The notes: a model not told the origin generated them from the letters alone. Counted from the first letter of the stretch, positions 1 to 13,679 are shown. The stretch: DNA of 64,000 bases from Octopus sinensis (GCF_006345805.1 NW_021832854.1:1-64000), one strand, 5' to 3'. Program-made: numbers and translations.

Positions 1-2
1 CC

Positions 3-260
3 TGGGATAAAAGGAAAACGACCAAATTATCCAGTCATATGTGGTCCTTAAAAGATAAAGGTGTCAGTTACAACATCCATTTGAAGATCTTAACCAACTG
101 TAAGCCCTACACCAATGGCAGTGGAAAGTGCGGTTTTTGTGATATGGAAAGATGGCTCATCTGGAAAAGCAGCTTAGACCCCTGCTACATGCCTGAATTC
201 AAGAACTGAACTTTTTGGATCGTGCCCATATGTGGCTAAATATTTGTTACGTTTTTGGTC
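3..260 (+). pseudogene. Penelope GIY-YIG endonuclease C-terminal fragment, frameshifted
   Basis: Manual translation: frame 3 gives TTKLSSHMWSLKDKGVSYNIHLKILTNCKPYTNGSGKCGFCDMERWLIW, then a shift to LNSRTELFGSCPYVAKYLL. This matches the PLE EN pattern T.LS.H.W.LKD...Y.I.W.IL...PY.....C.LC..EK..I...LN.R.EL...C.H..K.LL. Confidence 0.8.
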
Positions 261-1183
261 CCCCCGAGATTACAGACAGGACTTGCTTTCTATAATGTGT
301 CCACGTTCAAGCTTTTTATCTCTTTATATTTTTTATTTATATTTCTTATATTTATATATATATATATATTTATATATTTTTTATACATATATTTTTTACA
401 TATTAATAGAGAAATTGTTTTATAGCTTTAATGCTCATATTTTTTACACATAATTTTTCTGTATTCTACCTTCCACCCTGCTTTTATCTCTGTGCATATA
501 TAGACATGTATATGGAATCTTTTGTGCGCATGTGTGGATGTGTGTGTGTGTGTGCATGCGAGTATGTGTGTATATAGATGTGTTTTACTCATTGTTTTTT
601 GTACATTTTTTACACATTTTCCTGCATTTTGCCTTTAGCCCTGTTTTTTCCTTGTGCATGTGCGTATATAGACATGTGTATGAACCTTTTTGGTTCATAC
701 ACATACATGTGTGTGTGGGTATGCGCATATATATACGTGAGTATGTGCGTGCATATATGAGCGTATATAGACGTGTTTTATTTATACTTCTTTACACTTT
801 TTTCTGTATTGTTGCCCATAGCCCTGTTTTTTTCTTGTGTATGTGCGTATATAGATGTGTGTGTGAACCTTTTTGGTGCATGTGTGTATGTGTGGGATTG
901 TGTATAATATATATTTTTTGGCGAATGGTGTGGGTGAGAATGTGTGTGTTTCAAGTGAGGGTGGATGAGTGTATACTTACAGGTGCATGTACATGAGTGT
1001 GCAGGCACACGTGTAGGTATAGACATGCGTGCTTACACGAATACTATGAACATTTTTACTCCCTTACTTTTACTCCCTTCCCTCACTTAGCGGTCATTCA
1101 AATAGTTCTTTTTTCTTAATAACGGTCAGTCACACAGTAATTTCCCTTTGTTTAACGCTCATTTCCGTAGCATTTTTCCGATG

Positions 1184-1254
1184 GCCGGATAACTGAAGAG
1201 ATGGCGGCTTGGATTTCCACCCCGACATCTGAAACTCGGAGTTTTATCATGGCT
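1184..1254 (+). ncRNA. Type I hammerhead ribozyme motif of a PLE terminal repeat (degenerate)
   Basis: Stem I GATAA (1188-1192)/TTATC (1244-1248); CTGAAGA (1193-1199); stem II GATGGCGG/CCGACATC; GAAA (1231-1234); mini stem III ACT-cgg-AGT; cleavage triplet GTT. Confidence 0.6.
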
Positions 1255-2117
1255 ACTGAATAGTTGTCACATTTACAGATATATATATATATAAGCTTTG
1301 TGTGTATGCATGCACACACACACACCTGAAAATACAGCTTGATTTAATTGCTTACTTTGGTAAAATGCATAACATTTCAAAAATTCAATTATTTAGCATC
1401 AAATCTATTGGAAATTTATCAGGTTATTGTATATACACATAGAGTCAATTTTAGTTAATTGCATACAATTTTATTCAGTTCTGAGTGAAATGTAGCATTT
1501 TATTTGATATGAATAAATTGATTCTGGAGGTTTCTGTTTTTGTGGTGAGTTAAAATGAAAGCAGTCAGCACTTTGTGTTTGCAAACAACAGATGTCAAAT
1601 AAGTCAAATATATTCAAATTATTTTTAGCATTTCAGTGAATTAAAGACTAACAAAATTAAGTCTGTTTTAATCTTATTTCTTATTCTTCAATATATATCT
1701 ATTGCAGGAAAATAATTTTGAATTAACTCTTTAATTTCTCAAGTGCATTCCCAATCCTGTTAGAAACTACAGATTTTGATGAAATGTAGTTACTTTTGTA
1801 TTAAAACCATAAAAATCCAACTTTTGCATGAATTTGGATGAAATTTAGTGATAGGATATAAATTGGTCTTCGTTGAAATTGTCATTTTACTTGTTGTTGC
1901 TAATCTTTATCTGTTGTCATATCACTCTCACTTCTCAAGTAGGTTAAATACAAATAAGTTAATTACATATCAGTGTTTTCACACATATTTAGAAAATACA
2001 ATCAATTTCTTGTCTCAGGGCTGAATTTATACCCCAATGGTTTCTGTGAGCAGCAAACTACACAACCCTCATTAGAAAAAGTATTCCAAGATATGCATCA
2101 GCAGTGCTTGTTAAATT

Positions 2118-2727
2118 ATTTTTAAGGTTGTTTCTACAGATATTCTATAAAAATTATAGCTAGCTCTGACTTTTGCTACAACATTTCATATCGAGATGTC
2201 AGATGTAAATAAGCAATGAGATTAGAGACAAAAGTGGGTAATGAGTGTATATGCCATATTTTGGGGGTTGTTGCTCCTTCATCAGCACCCATCTAACCCA
2301 CTTCTGTCTCCGAACACACTGCTTATATAGCCACCACATACAGCAGTGTTAAGTTATTGGACGTGGTACTGACTTATAAAAACATTTTGTATATTTCATA
2401 GTATAGTGTGTTTGCATAACAAAGTGCAACGTACCTACAAGCCTACCAGTTCCAGGAATGTGTGTAATATGTAAATTGGTACAGCCAATAACTTAACACC
2501 ACTGTATGCAGTGGCTATATAAGCAATGTGTTTGGAGACAGAAGGGGGTTAGATGGGTGCTGATGAAGGGGCAACAACCCCAGAAATATGGCATATACAT
2601 TCATTACCCACTTTTGTCTCCAATCGCATTGCTTGTTTACATCTGATTTCTCAATACAAAATGTTGTAGCAAAAATCATTGCTGGCTATAGTTTGTATAG
2701 AATATCTGTTGAAACAACCTTAAAAAT
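2118..2727. repeat. Inverted repeat (~243-bp arms 2118-2360 and 2485-2727, ~124-bp spacer), probably inverted PLE pLTRs
   Basis: The arms are reverse complements with scattered mismatches, and each carries a copy of a hammerhead motif. Confidence 0.85.
2552..2605 (+). ncRNA. Minimal type I hammerhead ribozyme motif (PLE type); decayed mirror copy at 2240-2293 on the minus strand
   Basis: GATGGGTG-CTGATGA-A-GGGG caacaa CCCC a-GAA-ATATG g CATAT-A-CATTCATT. Stem I has 8 bp including G-U pairs; stem III is near-palindromic; the triplet is ATA. Confidence 0.65.
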
Positions 2728-5700
2728 ACTACATTTAAAATATATCAGTAAATTAATGGTTCCTTTTAATCTTTGCCATTCATTAGCAAAAGCATTAATG
2801 CAACATTAAATGATGTGGTCATTCCACTCCATTCTACTTCCTAATATAAACTCTACACTAGTGTATACAGATAGAATATCATTTCATTATTTCCTCAAAT
2901 CTAAGCTCTGTTTCTCAAGTTAAATCATAAATAAATAATTTCTCTATATTTTAAATCACTGTGGTATTACTTGCCATGGTGCTTAAAACAGTGAAGGAAA
3001 ACAAATCTGAAGAAATTTACAGATAAATTGCCAAAAAAAAAAATGACATTGTGTATACAGGAAATTCTTTCTAAGAAGAGGTTAAACATGTTTTTCACAC
3101 AGAAGAGTGCTTAGTTCCTGTTTTTTCTATCTCTACTGCCAAACTATTTGAATTTCAGTTGAAAATTTGGCAAGAACTGCATTTACTTGTGATACAGAAC
3201 TTTAATATTTAAGCAGTGAATGGAAGTTGTTTTTTTTACCCCCCTACTATGTCTTGTGATTGATCTAATTAAGTGTTCCCTAATCAGTATAACTCTAGTT
3301 GTTATTCAGTTATTCAAAATGTGTGGAGGACATTGCTGAGAAGTGTGAAATCTGGTTGAAGAATATTAAAGAAAAATCCTATAAGCAATTGCCATTATCA
3401 TTTAAAAAGTAGATTGAACAGAGTGGAAGGTGATTAAATCGTGTTCACAGTTGTTGTTTTGTAGAGTACTGAACTTAACGTTAATGAGCTTGGAGTAGGT
3501 ATCAGTATGAATTTTTGAAAATGTTTAAAAGTAATCTTTACTGTATCTTTTCTTGGAGAGCATTAAAAGAAAAACATTTTGATATCTCATTTGTGAAATT
3601 TGGGTGAATATTTGAAGAAATATGACAATTTGAATGGTCAGTGAATTGGTGGAAATCATACCTGATTGGTTTAAATGAATAATTAGCCATGTTTGTGATG
3701 TCATATCTTTGAAACTGAGGTGATAATCATCTTCAAATTACATAAACTAATAGTGACCATGGGATAGTGGTTGCCTTTTTTTTTCAGGTTCTTGAAAACT
3801 TTATTTTGGTAATTTTTAAAATATTTATATAGAGTCTATTTTGTTACATGTCACAGTCAATTTTGCTTATTTGTTGTAGGTATAGAACTAAATAACACCT
3901 GAGATTTTGGGGTATGACATAAATGCAATAAAAATTTAATGGAATATTAAAAATGGCAGTTTCAGATCAGAATATGTTGAATTTTCTCCATTTTGACTGG
4001 GACTTTTTCTTACTTTTTAAAATTTTACTTTGGCTCATGATCTTGAAAATAATGGGAGTAATCTTTTCATGAAAAAGTTTTTTGAAAATTTGTGATTTTC
4101 TCCCACCCACTTCCCTCTGGACCAATTTTGGCCAATTTTTTTTTTCTTTCACAGTACACACTTAAAAATTATGGGAGAACCCTTTTTGGTTAAAAATGAA
4201 TAAAAAATTTTTGAAAATATTTTCAAATGAAAAGGTGTGTTATTTAAGGGAGATCTAACTCTTGTTACTAGCCCGTCCCACGACCACCTGGTACTTTTCT
4301 CAGAATTGCATGTACACCTAGATTAAAAAACAAACAATATGTGAAAATTAATTCCTTGCTTTAAGCATTAAAAAGCATAAATTAAAGACATTTAAAACAT
4401 CTGTAACTTACAGCAAATTCATTAAGTAAGAGAGAGAGGAGAGAAAAAACAAAAACAAATATGTACATGCTACTGACTGTATTTAAAATCAGGGAAAAAT
4501 ACAAACATCACACCTGATTTTAATAGTCTACAAAATTATATTCATTGCGCAATATAATTTTTATTGGTGAAATTTGGCCAATATTTCTCTAATAAAAAAA
4601 AAAATTAAATTTACACTAGTATATCTACTTCCTCTCTTCACTTCTACCCACCTTCTCCCTTCCACCCTCTCCCTTCATCATCACCCCCCCTTATTACCCT
4701 ACTCCTACACATTCCAACCCACCACCACAGCACATCACACCACCCCGCACACACTAGCACTAACCACTTCCCAGCACCTACACCATTATCCACACACTTA
4801 CAAATGCACACGTCAATGTCCCCAGCCTCCTTCCACAGGCACATACATGCTCTCACATACACACGCACAAGCACCTTCATTTTGGGATCACCACTACTTT
4901 ATTATCTCCTTTTCTTCCTAGCTCACCTGTGTGACTCTGTACGGCATTTGCCATGATAGATTGTTAGCCACTAAACCTTTTTCTATTTTCTCTCCCTGTT
5001 TATTTTTGGGTTTCTTTCTATCAAAGAGCATAGGCTCGAAGCGTAAAAGAATTTCTCACTTCCTGAGCATTAAACTAATACATCTGTTTGTTGTTCACAC
5101 ACCTGTCTTCATCTTTTGTTTTCTTTGTAAATTTTCAATATATCTGCTAGGTTTACCTAGCGGCTTTCCACACATTGTTGTTAAAATAGCAAGGGGAAAT
5201 AAACAACATTCTCAATACAACAATTTCATACTAAGTTTGGGCTCAATTTAGAGCATTTTTTTTTTTTTTGTAGAAATATGTTTCCTTGGTGATTAGTTTG
5301 TCCATTTTTTGAAATTCTGGCTCAAACTCAATATTCAACTCCTTGGATTCATATACTGCTTGATCTTTCACCATGCATGAATACATCAGTCAGGCAAGTA
5401 GCATCAGTAGACCACCCTCTTTACTAACTTTACATTTTTTCGCCATATTGTGGCCAGAATCAGGAATAACCATATTGAATTCACGAGAAAATTTTTTTGT
5501 TATAATATAAAAATCTTGAAGAAAATATGCTCTTTTCTAAGTGAAAATTAAGAATAAAATTATAACTTTTATATTTCATAATAATCATCTCACCTATCCC
5601 CATCAATTTTTATATTAAAACAAAGCAAAAACATTCCTCTTCAACACTCTGATTTTCAACACAACTCAAGTTATAGTGCTCCAGCACATTGAACTAGAAT

Positions 5701-5759
5701 GAGGGTTACTTTTCAGCAGTCAAAAAGAAAAGAAAAACAGAACAAACTTTGTAATTGCA

Positions 5760-6560
5760 TGAAAATACCAGGATATTTGTGGGACCCTAAAACGATATGT
5801 AATTGTTGGATTTCTATGTAGCAAAGAAATTGGAGACTACTCTATCTGAAATCTCAGACCAGTCCTGAGCAAAGGAAAATTGATTTTGTATCATCTTGAT
5901 ATGCCAGTCCAAACAAAAACAAAAAGGCAAAAATCCAGAAAAATGAGTGAATCATTATTCCAGTGTTTCACCAATGTCAAATCCAGAGACATTCTTTTAT
6001 CAGGATTAACCTTGTTTGAGAGCCAAATAATTAGCAGACCATTTGAAAAGAGAAAAACTCAACTTCACAAGTGGATATGTATCCTGATGGAAAGAAGCTC
6101 AATATCATCTGGTTTAAGTACTTTTTCATGAGAAGTAAAATATAGCTCTAAATGAAACCCGAGTTCCTTAATCATTTTGATACAAAATATCTGTTTTAAA
6201 GTGTTTCCATTGTTGCACAAAATTTTATGAAAGAACCTTTGTGTTCCAGACACCAGTTTAGTATACCTTATGTGAAACTGCTATTTTATCAAAATTTTTG
6301 ATTATTTACAAAATTAACTGAAATACAATAAATATTTTTATCAGAAATGTGGTCACAATAGGGTTACAACTGTTTATTTTGGCATTTCAATAAAAATCAG
6401 TGTTGAAGTTAAATCTTGATAATTACTACTTATAACATAATTTCAGTCATTTTCATTATGCGTTAAGATTTAAAATTTTCTGCTTTGATGGCTACCAAAT
6501 TGCAGCTGTTCTCTGAAAATTTCAATTTGCTGTCAAAGCCATAGATTAAAAGTTCAAAAG
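5760..6560 (+). mobile_element. Decayed pogo/Tigger-like transposase remnant (CENP-B-type HTH)
   Basis: KRQKSRKMSESLFQCFTNVKSRDILLSGLTLFE, then shifted RAK*LADHLKREKLNFTSGYVS*WK, resembles the pogo HTH (E.AL..WF...R.R.IPLSG..L..KA..LA..L....F..S.GW..RFK). Many stops and frameshifts. Confidence 0.45.
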
Positions 6561-7828
6561 TATTGTCTTCATGTAAGGTTTTTCTTGAAAGTCATTAGTT
6601 TGAGTCTATTCATCTTCCAAATCATCAGTTTCTAAAGATTACTAATTTCCTATCTTCAATTTTGTTTTTCAATTTAATATTTTTGTGACTTCCATGGTTG
6701 GTATTTGTAACTATATATAACAATCAACATCATATAGTGATTCCTGTTATTTTCATTTCATTTAATTATGTAAAGAGAAAAAAAAAACAACCCTAAAAAT
6801 ACAGTATTTATGCATCTACTAATAATTGCATAGAAATACCAACGGTAATCTGTGTTTACTGCTTAACTATTTCCCTCCAGCTGAAGGAAATAAAATTGTA
6901 TTCTGCACATACATGGACGGATTCATTTTTGTCTGCAGATGTGTATAAATATGTGCATGCATATGTATATGTCTGTCAGTATTTATATATCAACCTTTCA
7001 TTAATTTATATGTCTATATATAAGCTTGCTTATACAAATAGAACTCAGGGCATGAGTATATATACGTATGTGTACATAAAAATATATTTGTTTACATACA
7101 AATACACAAAAGTGTGTTCAGTTTATTGATTACTTTTCTGCCTTCCATATTTTGTAAATTTTTTACCATATCAATCTTTTGATATTTTCTTGTTATTATT
7201 TCTTTTATTTGTTAGTCTTTTTGCTTATCTTTGTCTGATCAATGAGATATGCAAGTTTACGAATTTAAAAAGTCAAATTCCTTGCTTGGAGTGTATAGAC
7301 ATTAGTCTGTGTGCTTGTGTGTACTTCAGGACAGTAAGGACACTTTGATGGAAGTGTCTTGAGATAGATATCTTTGGTTCCTAGAAGACAGTAACGCATT
7401 GCTAAAAGGTCAAGGTGAAGAAATTTTATCTATCAAAATATGCTGTCAAGCTTCCAGAGAAAACTAGTACAGGGCTCTGCACTACCAATGGCATGAAGTC
7501 ATTACTATTGTAATATAATTGGCAGAATACAGATAAAAGAGATGATAGTACAACTTTTTGTCTTCACATATATCATAACTTAATGATTGTCTCTGTCTGT
7601 GTTCTGTCTTATCAATTACCATTTGTTTTATTTAAATCTCTTTGATGTTATATCAAATTTCTGTGTCAGATATACTGAAGTTGAAAATTTTTCAATAATC
7701 TTGAGTCAAGAGGAGAGCATAATTCCTGTTACAATTAACTTGGCTTTCAGTCTCTGAGAAGCTTATAAAATATTCACAAGTAATAATCTATTAATACACT
7801 GATTGTTTCAATCAACTAGACTTAAAAG

Positions 7829-7845
7829 CAGTGGTTCCCAAAATG
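7829..7845 (+). mobile_element. Isolated hAT (Charlie/Buster-like) TIR-like sequence
   Basis: CAGTGGTTCCCAAA resembles the TIR of the intact hAT at 31626. The partner end is only a weak match near 8730-8745. Confidence 0.25.
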
Positions 7846-10800
7846 GGCAGTGGAAAGTTCCAAGGGCATGTTGAAGAAAAGTGGGTGATAATGAGGTAGC
7901 AATTCATGTAAAAACAACAAAATAATGAGTTCATTAGGTTAAGTTTTATTTGTGAAATATAGTTGCTTTACTTATCTATTTTGATGAAAGATTAAACACT
8001 TTCTGTTTTGTATGAAGAAACTGTAGTCAGTTGACTTGTTTGGCAAGTTACTTAATTTGTGAATGTATATTAAAATATTGTACTATTTTTAATAGTACAA
8101 TCTTTTAGAAAGTGTCAAGTTTTGTCACTTTTTCAACATGATCAGTGACACAGTTGCAACAAACTGTTAAGAGACACATCACACAAGCATGACAAAACAT
8201 TTTGACACTTCATTATAGATTGATTCTAACATTAAGAAATAAATGAAAATCAAATATAGTTTTGTATGTTCTTAGAAGAGCTAAAATAACACTTTCACAA
8301 AGTAACTGAGTAAATTTACTATTTGCTTTTATCTTGTTCGGGTATTTGGATCGAGTTGAATGTCTGAGTATTTGTGTTTGATTTTATAGATATTTTATAC
8401 ATTATTTTGTACATATTTTGTACATATTAGATATTTTGTACATATTGTTGAGTGTCAGTTTCATAAAAAAGCAACAAATATTTTCAGAAAGCAGTATTAG
8501 AAGGTAACCTAAAAGAGAAGTATACTTATAAGGATTATTACATTAGGTCAGTTCTAATTTACATAGAGAATAATTTAATGTGTTATCGAATTCATTTCTT
8601 ATTTAAAAATTTTTTTTGAATTAATTGAAATTCTAAAGTAGCCTGTGGCTCAAATTAAATGATATGGAGGCAGTTCTAAAAAGTGGTGTGATCCACTATT
8701 TGTATTCTAATCTGGCAATTCTGCTTAACATTTGGAAACATTTGACGATTAGAAAAATTTTGGTGTGATCATTCATTATGATTTGAAGTACAACAAACCT
8801 ATTAAAGCTATCATTTGTGTAATAATCATCCTTACATGCTTTTCAAGATTATACTGAGAACACATATGATAACATCATATGAGTACTGCATGAAGGATTA
8901 AATAATTAGAGCAATTTTATGAAGGAACACCAACAATTTCAGTGTAGCTTTAAAAGACCTGTTGTATAAGACTAAATTTCAAGGATTTTGATTTGTCTAT
9001 GATATTTTAAAGATGGAATAGAGGAGGTACAATATAATCCAGTTAGATATGAATGTAAATTTCTAAATGTCTAAAATGAGTTGTTAATAAAGACTACTAC
9101 CACTGCTACTACTACTATTGCTGCTGCTGCTACTACTGCTACATCCATATGACCTGTTGTCTTATGCCTAGAATAAGAAATATTTTGTTTCATTGTAATA
9201 TAGGTATGCTTTCAACAAATAATTATGTAAAAGAAGGTAAAACATAATTGAAATATAAGAAACATTTAACAGATCAATATACATTTTAGTTTTTTAAAGG
9301 TTTTTAAAATGTTTATATACAATATTATATAAAATTTTGACAATCAGTGTTTGTGTAAAATAGCATGGGGATGGGGAACATGGAGTCTGCTGTAAAAGTC
9401 TGTAGAAAAGGCAAGGAAAATTGGCAGCAAAACTCAAGGACTGCCCTGGTTAGTACACACTCTAGCTACACCACTGTGTATACAATATTTATAGTGAATT
9501 TAACATTTTCCTGATTGAGATACCTGTGTGATCCTCTTGAGGTAAAAACAGACAGATAGATTGGCAGATAGATTAAATAGGTAGGCTGACAGACAGGCAG
9601 ACAGACATATAGACTAATGGATAGACTGACAGGTAGACAGATAAATAGGTAGATAGATAAGTAGATATATATAGGTAGGTACATAGACACATGGACTTTC
9701 TTATTGTGAAGAAAGAAACTTATTAAGGTTTCAAAGTAAAGAACAAATGTTTATTCTTTGGTTTACTTTAAGTGAAATTTAAAGCCAAAAATTGCTTAGA
9801 TAATGTTGAGAAGTAATTGTGTGTGCCCTGTGTACACATACACACATCCATAAATGCATAAATACAAAGTGAGAGAGAGAGGTAGGAGTGTATTAGGGAA
9901 GCAGTTACATGAAAAACGCTGTCACTGCATTGAGAGAGTGTGGGTGTGTGTACATACATGCATACATACATACATAATGAAGGAGAAAGTGAGAGAGGAG
10001 AAGAGGTGCAAACCAAGCTAGAAATTGTGCGACAGAGAGACAGACTTGACAAAAATGATCATACTGGTTATTATTGTTGTTATCATCATCATCATCAGGT
10101 AAAATAATGTGAATAAATTATTTTGCTTCAAGTTATTTGTGTATAATTAAGATTGTTTATACAAAAAAATATTTATGTAATGCTAAGAATGTCTGCCAAA
10201 GATATCATTTGTCATGACCACATAATAAAACCTTACTTCAAATGAACTGGCTGAGCTCATTCTGTTATTGTAGATCAGATGCTTTCTTATGACAAGTGAT
10301 TTAAGGGAAGTAGAAAACCATTTGATGTATCATTCATCAATTAGAGCTAGGAGCTTGAAACTTCATCTAGAAAGATGACTGCAACATTATCACAGACATG
10401 GAGACTTGGCCAAACTTTTTACAATCAAGCATAATAACTATTCATGTTAGAAGTATGTTAAAAAAAAAAATGAACATTGGAATATCGATGGATAAAATCT
10501 ATTCTTTTCTGGAAATAGTTAAATAGTACTAAAATAATTATTATTCATTGAATGTCAAAAAATTACTTGGAAGGAAAGATATTGGAATGATAAATGAAAG
10601 AGTCATTGTATCTTGTACTGTGTGCAATATTTGTATGTAAACATAATAAATCTTGCTGCAGTTGATGAAAACACTTGGTCTAGAATGCAAACTGTCAGGA
10701 TTTCAGATTTCTGTAAACTCTATTTACCACACAGGATACAAAATAATCTATTATGTAGTTATAAATATGTTTAGTCTTGATGTAAATGTTAAATATAGTA

Positions 10801-11261
10801 GATTCTAACTGCTTGTGTGGTGAAAGCTGATGTTTTATTGATATTTATCAATTCATTACCAGTTTGTGTATGTTTAAGATTTTAGGTCAAATTTACAAAG
10901 CCTGAATGGATCTGGGACTTTTATGAGATTCGAGATTGCAGTAATCTTTTTTCTGATTATGTGTTGTCATTAACTTGAGCTTTAACCTGAAACAATCAGT
11001 TTGTCAGGGCTAATGAAAGATCAGTTGGAAAAGATAAAGGAAACAACTAAGTTCAGATGGAAAATGGGAGGGAGAGAGATAAAGAAGAAGTAGAGGCAGA
11101 CCCAATCAACCCTATTACTGCAGGAAATTAGATGTAAGAATGGATATTAAAATTTGATTTTTTCCTGTCCAAATATATTTGCAGAACTAGATTTATTTCT
11201 GGTCTAAATAACATTAGAACTGTGTTTTTGACTTCTATATATAATGCTATGCACATATATG

Positions 11262-11640
11262 TACAGGCACATGTGTGACTGTGCAGTTAAAAAGCTTGCT
11301 TCCCAACCATGTGATCTGGGGTTCAGTCCTACACAGAAATTCACAGTGGGTTTGAACTATTATCCTGAGCTGACCAAATCCCTGTGAGTGGATTTGGTGG
11401 ATGGAAACTGAATGTGTGTGTGTGTACCCTTGTGTAGACATCACATGATGGCCATACAAGCAATATTATTTGTTTCCAGTCTTCTGTAAAAAAAGCATGT
11501 CTAACCATGGGGAAAATATTACCATGCTTAGAAACAGCCTTGGGTTGTTGACAAAAAAGGGCATCCAGCTGTAGAAAATCTGCCTTAAATTCTATCTGAC
11601 CCATACAAGCATAGGAAAGTGAATATTAAATGATGATGAT
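11262..11640 (+). mobile_element. tRNA-derived SINE (head, microsatellite, RTE-like 3' tail ending (GAT)n)
   Basis: B-box-like GGTTCAGTCC, the shared body gtgagtggatttggt..gaaactg, and a tail aagggcatccagctgtagaaa...ttaaatgatgatgat that matches the RTE 3' end at 28130-28259. Confidence 0.7.
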
Positions 11641-12779
11641 ATACATGCACACACATACATATGCACATTTACATACATATGCACACATATGTATACACAC
11701 ATATATTTATATATACTTGAACTAAATTCTTATATGATTTAGCATAATTTTAAAAATTCACTTCACATCAAGATAGGATACTGTTAAATATATATGCCAA
11801 AACAGTTTACATCACTATATCAATAATTTGGATGGTGATTTGAATATTTTAACTTTTAACTTCATTTGATTTCTTTCCTCCTCATGTCTTCTCTCCTTTG
11901 CTGCATTATATGGCCATATCTTGTCTCCTCTGCTTTCATATGGTCTTAATTCCTATTCAGTGCACATTGTTTTCTTTTCCACTACTGTTTGTATTTGCCC
12001 ACTTTCCTTTCTTTGTTGCAGTATTTTCTCTCTTCTCTTACATTTCCTTTTAATTTGTCTGCCATCTCAGTGAACTGTTTCTATGGCACCTCATTAAATT
12101 GGAAGCGAGCAACATATAGCATGAAAATTAGCAGTTCTATCGATAATTTTACTTAAGAACATCATAAGGCAATGATACAGGATGAGACTTTAAAATTAGG
12201 TGTAACAGATACATGCACATTAAGTGATGATAGATATCAGCAAGCATTATTAAATGAGGTTTCCATAATTGATAAGGAACCAAATTGAAAGCTATATAGG
12301 ATCAAAGAGAGGCATGTATGATATTATCATTAAATTCCATTAGTGTACTGAGGGATCACAGTTCTCGTCTCAATATGACTCCCTATATTTAAATATGTAA
12401 AATTGACACACAGCTATAGCTATAATCGTTAGTAATATTATGCCTAATGATTTCAACTCTTGTATGCATTTGAGCATGTGCTTTTAGTTGGTTTAATTAT
12501 CAACCATAATGATTAAAGATTTATATGAAAGCACACACATACACTGATTATGAATGGAGCTCTGAAATATATTTCAGTTGCAGCATAAACTATTAACTTT
12601 CAACCAAGAATCAAAATAAAGACATAAAAACGGTATAAGAGTTTTATTATCATATTAGTAATTTGTGCCATTTAATACCCTGCATTAAAACAGGAAGTTG
12701 ATTTTTCTTAAGTATGCTCTTGCTAAAAGCTCAGTTGTTTGCTGTGATTTGAAACTTGTTCTGTTGCTCTAATATTGTG

Positions 12780-13679
12780 ATCTTTCACCCAAAAGTAATC
12801 AGAAACGTTCTCTGTGGGACAAGCCTATTGTAGTTCAGGCTTCTGCTGCTAGAAACCACTTGATGCGACCCTCTGACATCAGACTGTCAACCAGCATTGT
12901 CCAGTGCGGTCATACTGCTATGTGGTGCATCTTTGTTTTGCAGCGCTTCTTCCCTGTTTGTCGATTTTTGCAATGGTGGAAATGAAGGAACAGCATGCTC
13001 CTGTGAAATTCTTTTTTCTACTTGGGAAAACAATGGCTGAAGCAGTTGTCATGCTTCAAACAGCTTACAAGGCTGCTGCCATGAGCAAAACACAAGTTAA
13101 TGAGTGGTTTTCACACTTTAAGAATGGTCACTTGTTGCTTGAGGACCAACTTTGTTCAGGGTAACTGTCGACCTCCTGAATGAATGAAAACATCATGAAA
13201 ATTCATGAACTGATCTTAGAGGACCATCACTGAACAATTTACTGACTTGTTGATAGAACTGATGTGTCCTAGAGCTCCTACCAATGAATTTTGAGCAAGG
13301 AGTTGTGAAGGAAAAGAGTTGCAGCAAAATTTGTGCCTCACTTGCTCTGGGAAGATCAAAAGCAGTCACGACTAAATGTGTGTCATGAACTGAAAGAAGA
13401 GTTGGAAGTTGACCTTTTTTTGAAGTCATCACTGGTGATGAAAGCTGGTGCTATGGAATTTGCAGATGTGGAAGAGATAAAGGAAAAATTGACAGAGGCA
13501 TTAAAAGGTATCACTTGACAAGAGTTCCAGCACTAATTCCAACGTTGGAGAGTGTGTCTGGACCAATGCATTGCTTCAAATGGAGAATACTTTGAAGGTG
13601 GTAAAAGTGTAAACATGTAAAACTAAGTGAATAAAAATAATATTTCAAAATTCTGGTTTCTTTTGGGTAACCGCTCTTA
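12780..13679 (+). mobile_element. Internally deleted mariner element
   Basis: N-terminal HTH EQHAPVKFFFLLGKTMAEAVVMLQTAYKAAAMSKTQVNEWFSHFKNG joined to the C-terminus EFADVEEIKEKLTEALKGI...WRVCLDQCIASNGEYFEG, with most of the DDD domain missing. TIR remnants cacccaaaagtaatcagaa and ttctggtttcttttgggtaaccgctcTA. Confidence 0.85.

Larger units (their letters stand above)
1..1270 (+). mobile_element. 3' end of a Penelope-like retroelement: endonuclease C-terminus, long low-complexity 3' region, hammerhead-bearing terminal repeat, then (TA)n
   Basis: PLE endonuclease peptide at 3-260, hammerhead motif at 1184-1254 and a TA tail follow the usual PLE order (ORF, then pLTR with hammerhead). Confidence 0.7.

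Noticed and set aside
232-1026. ORFs 232-453, 532-996, 578-760, 778-1026 and similar MCVC/YIYI/THTH ORFs throughout
   Set aside because: They are translations of (TA)n, (GT)n and (CA)n low-complexity DNA.
4574-5251. ORFs 4574-4921 and 4931-5251 as host genes
   Set aside because: Composition is CA-rich or T-rich low complexity, there are no recognisable motifs, and the starts are non-ATG.
7330-7333. 4-nt microexon (cag|GACA|gtaagg); also a 10-nt minus-strand one at 25223-25232
   Set aside because: The splice signals are good, but nothing else supports them and they are expected by chance in 64 kb.
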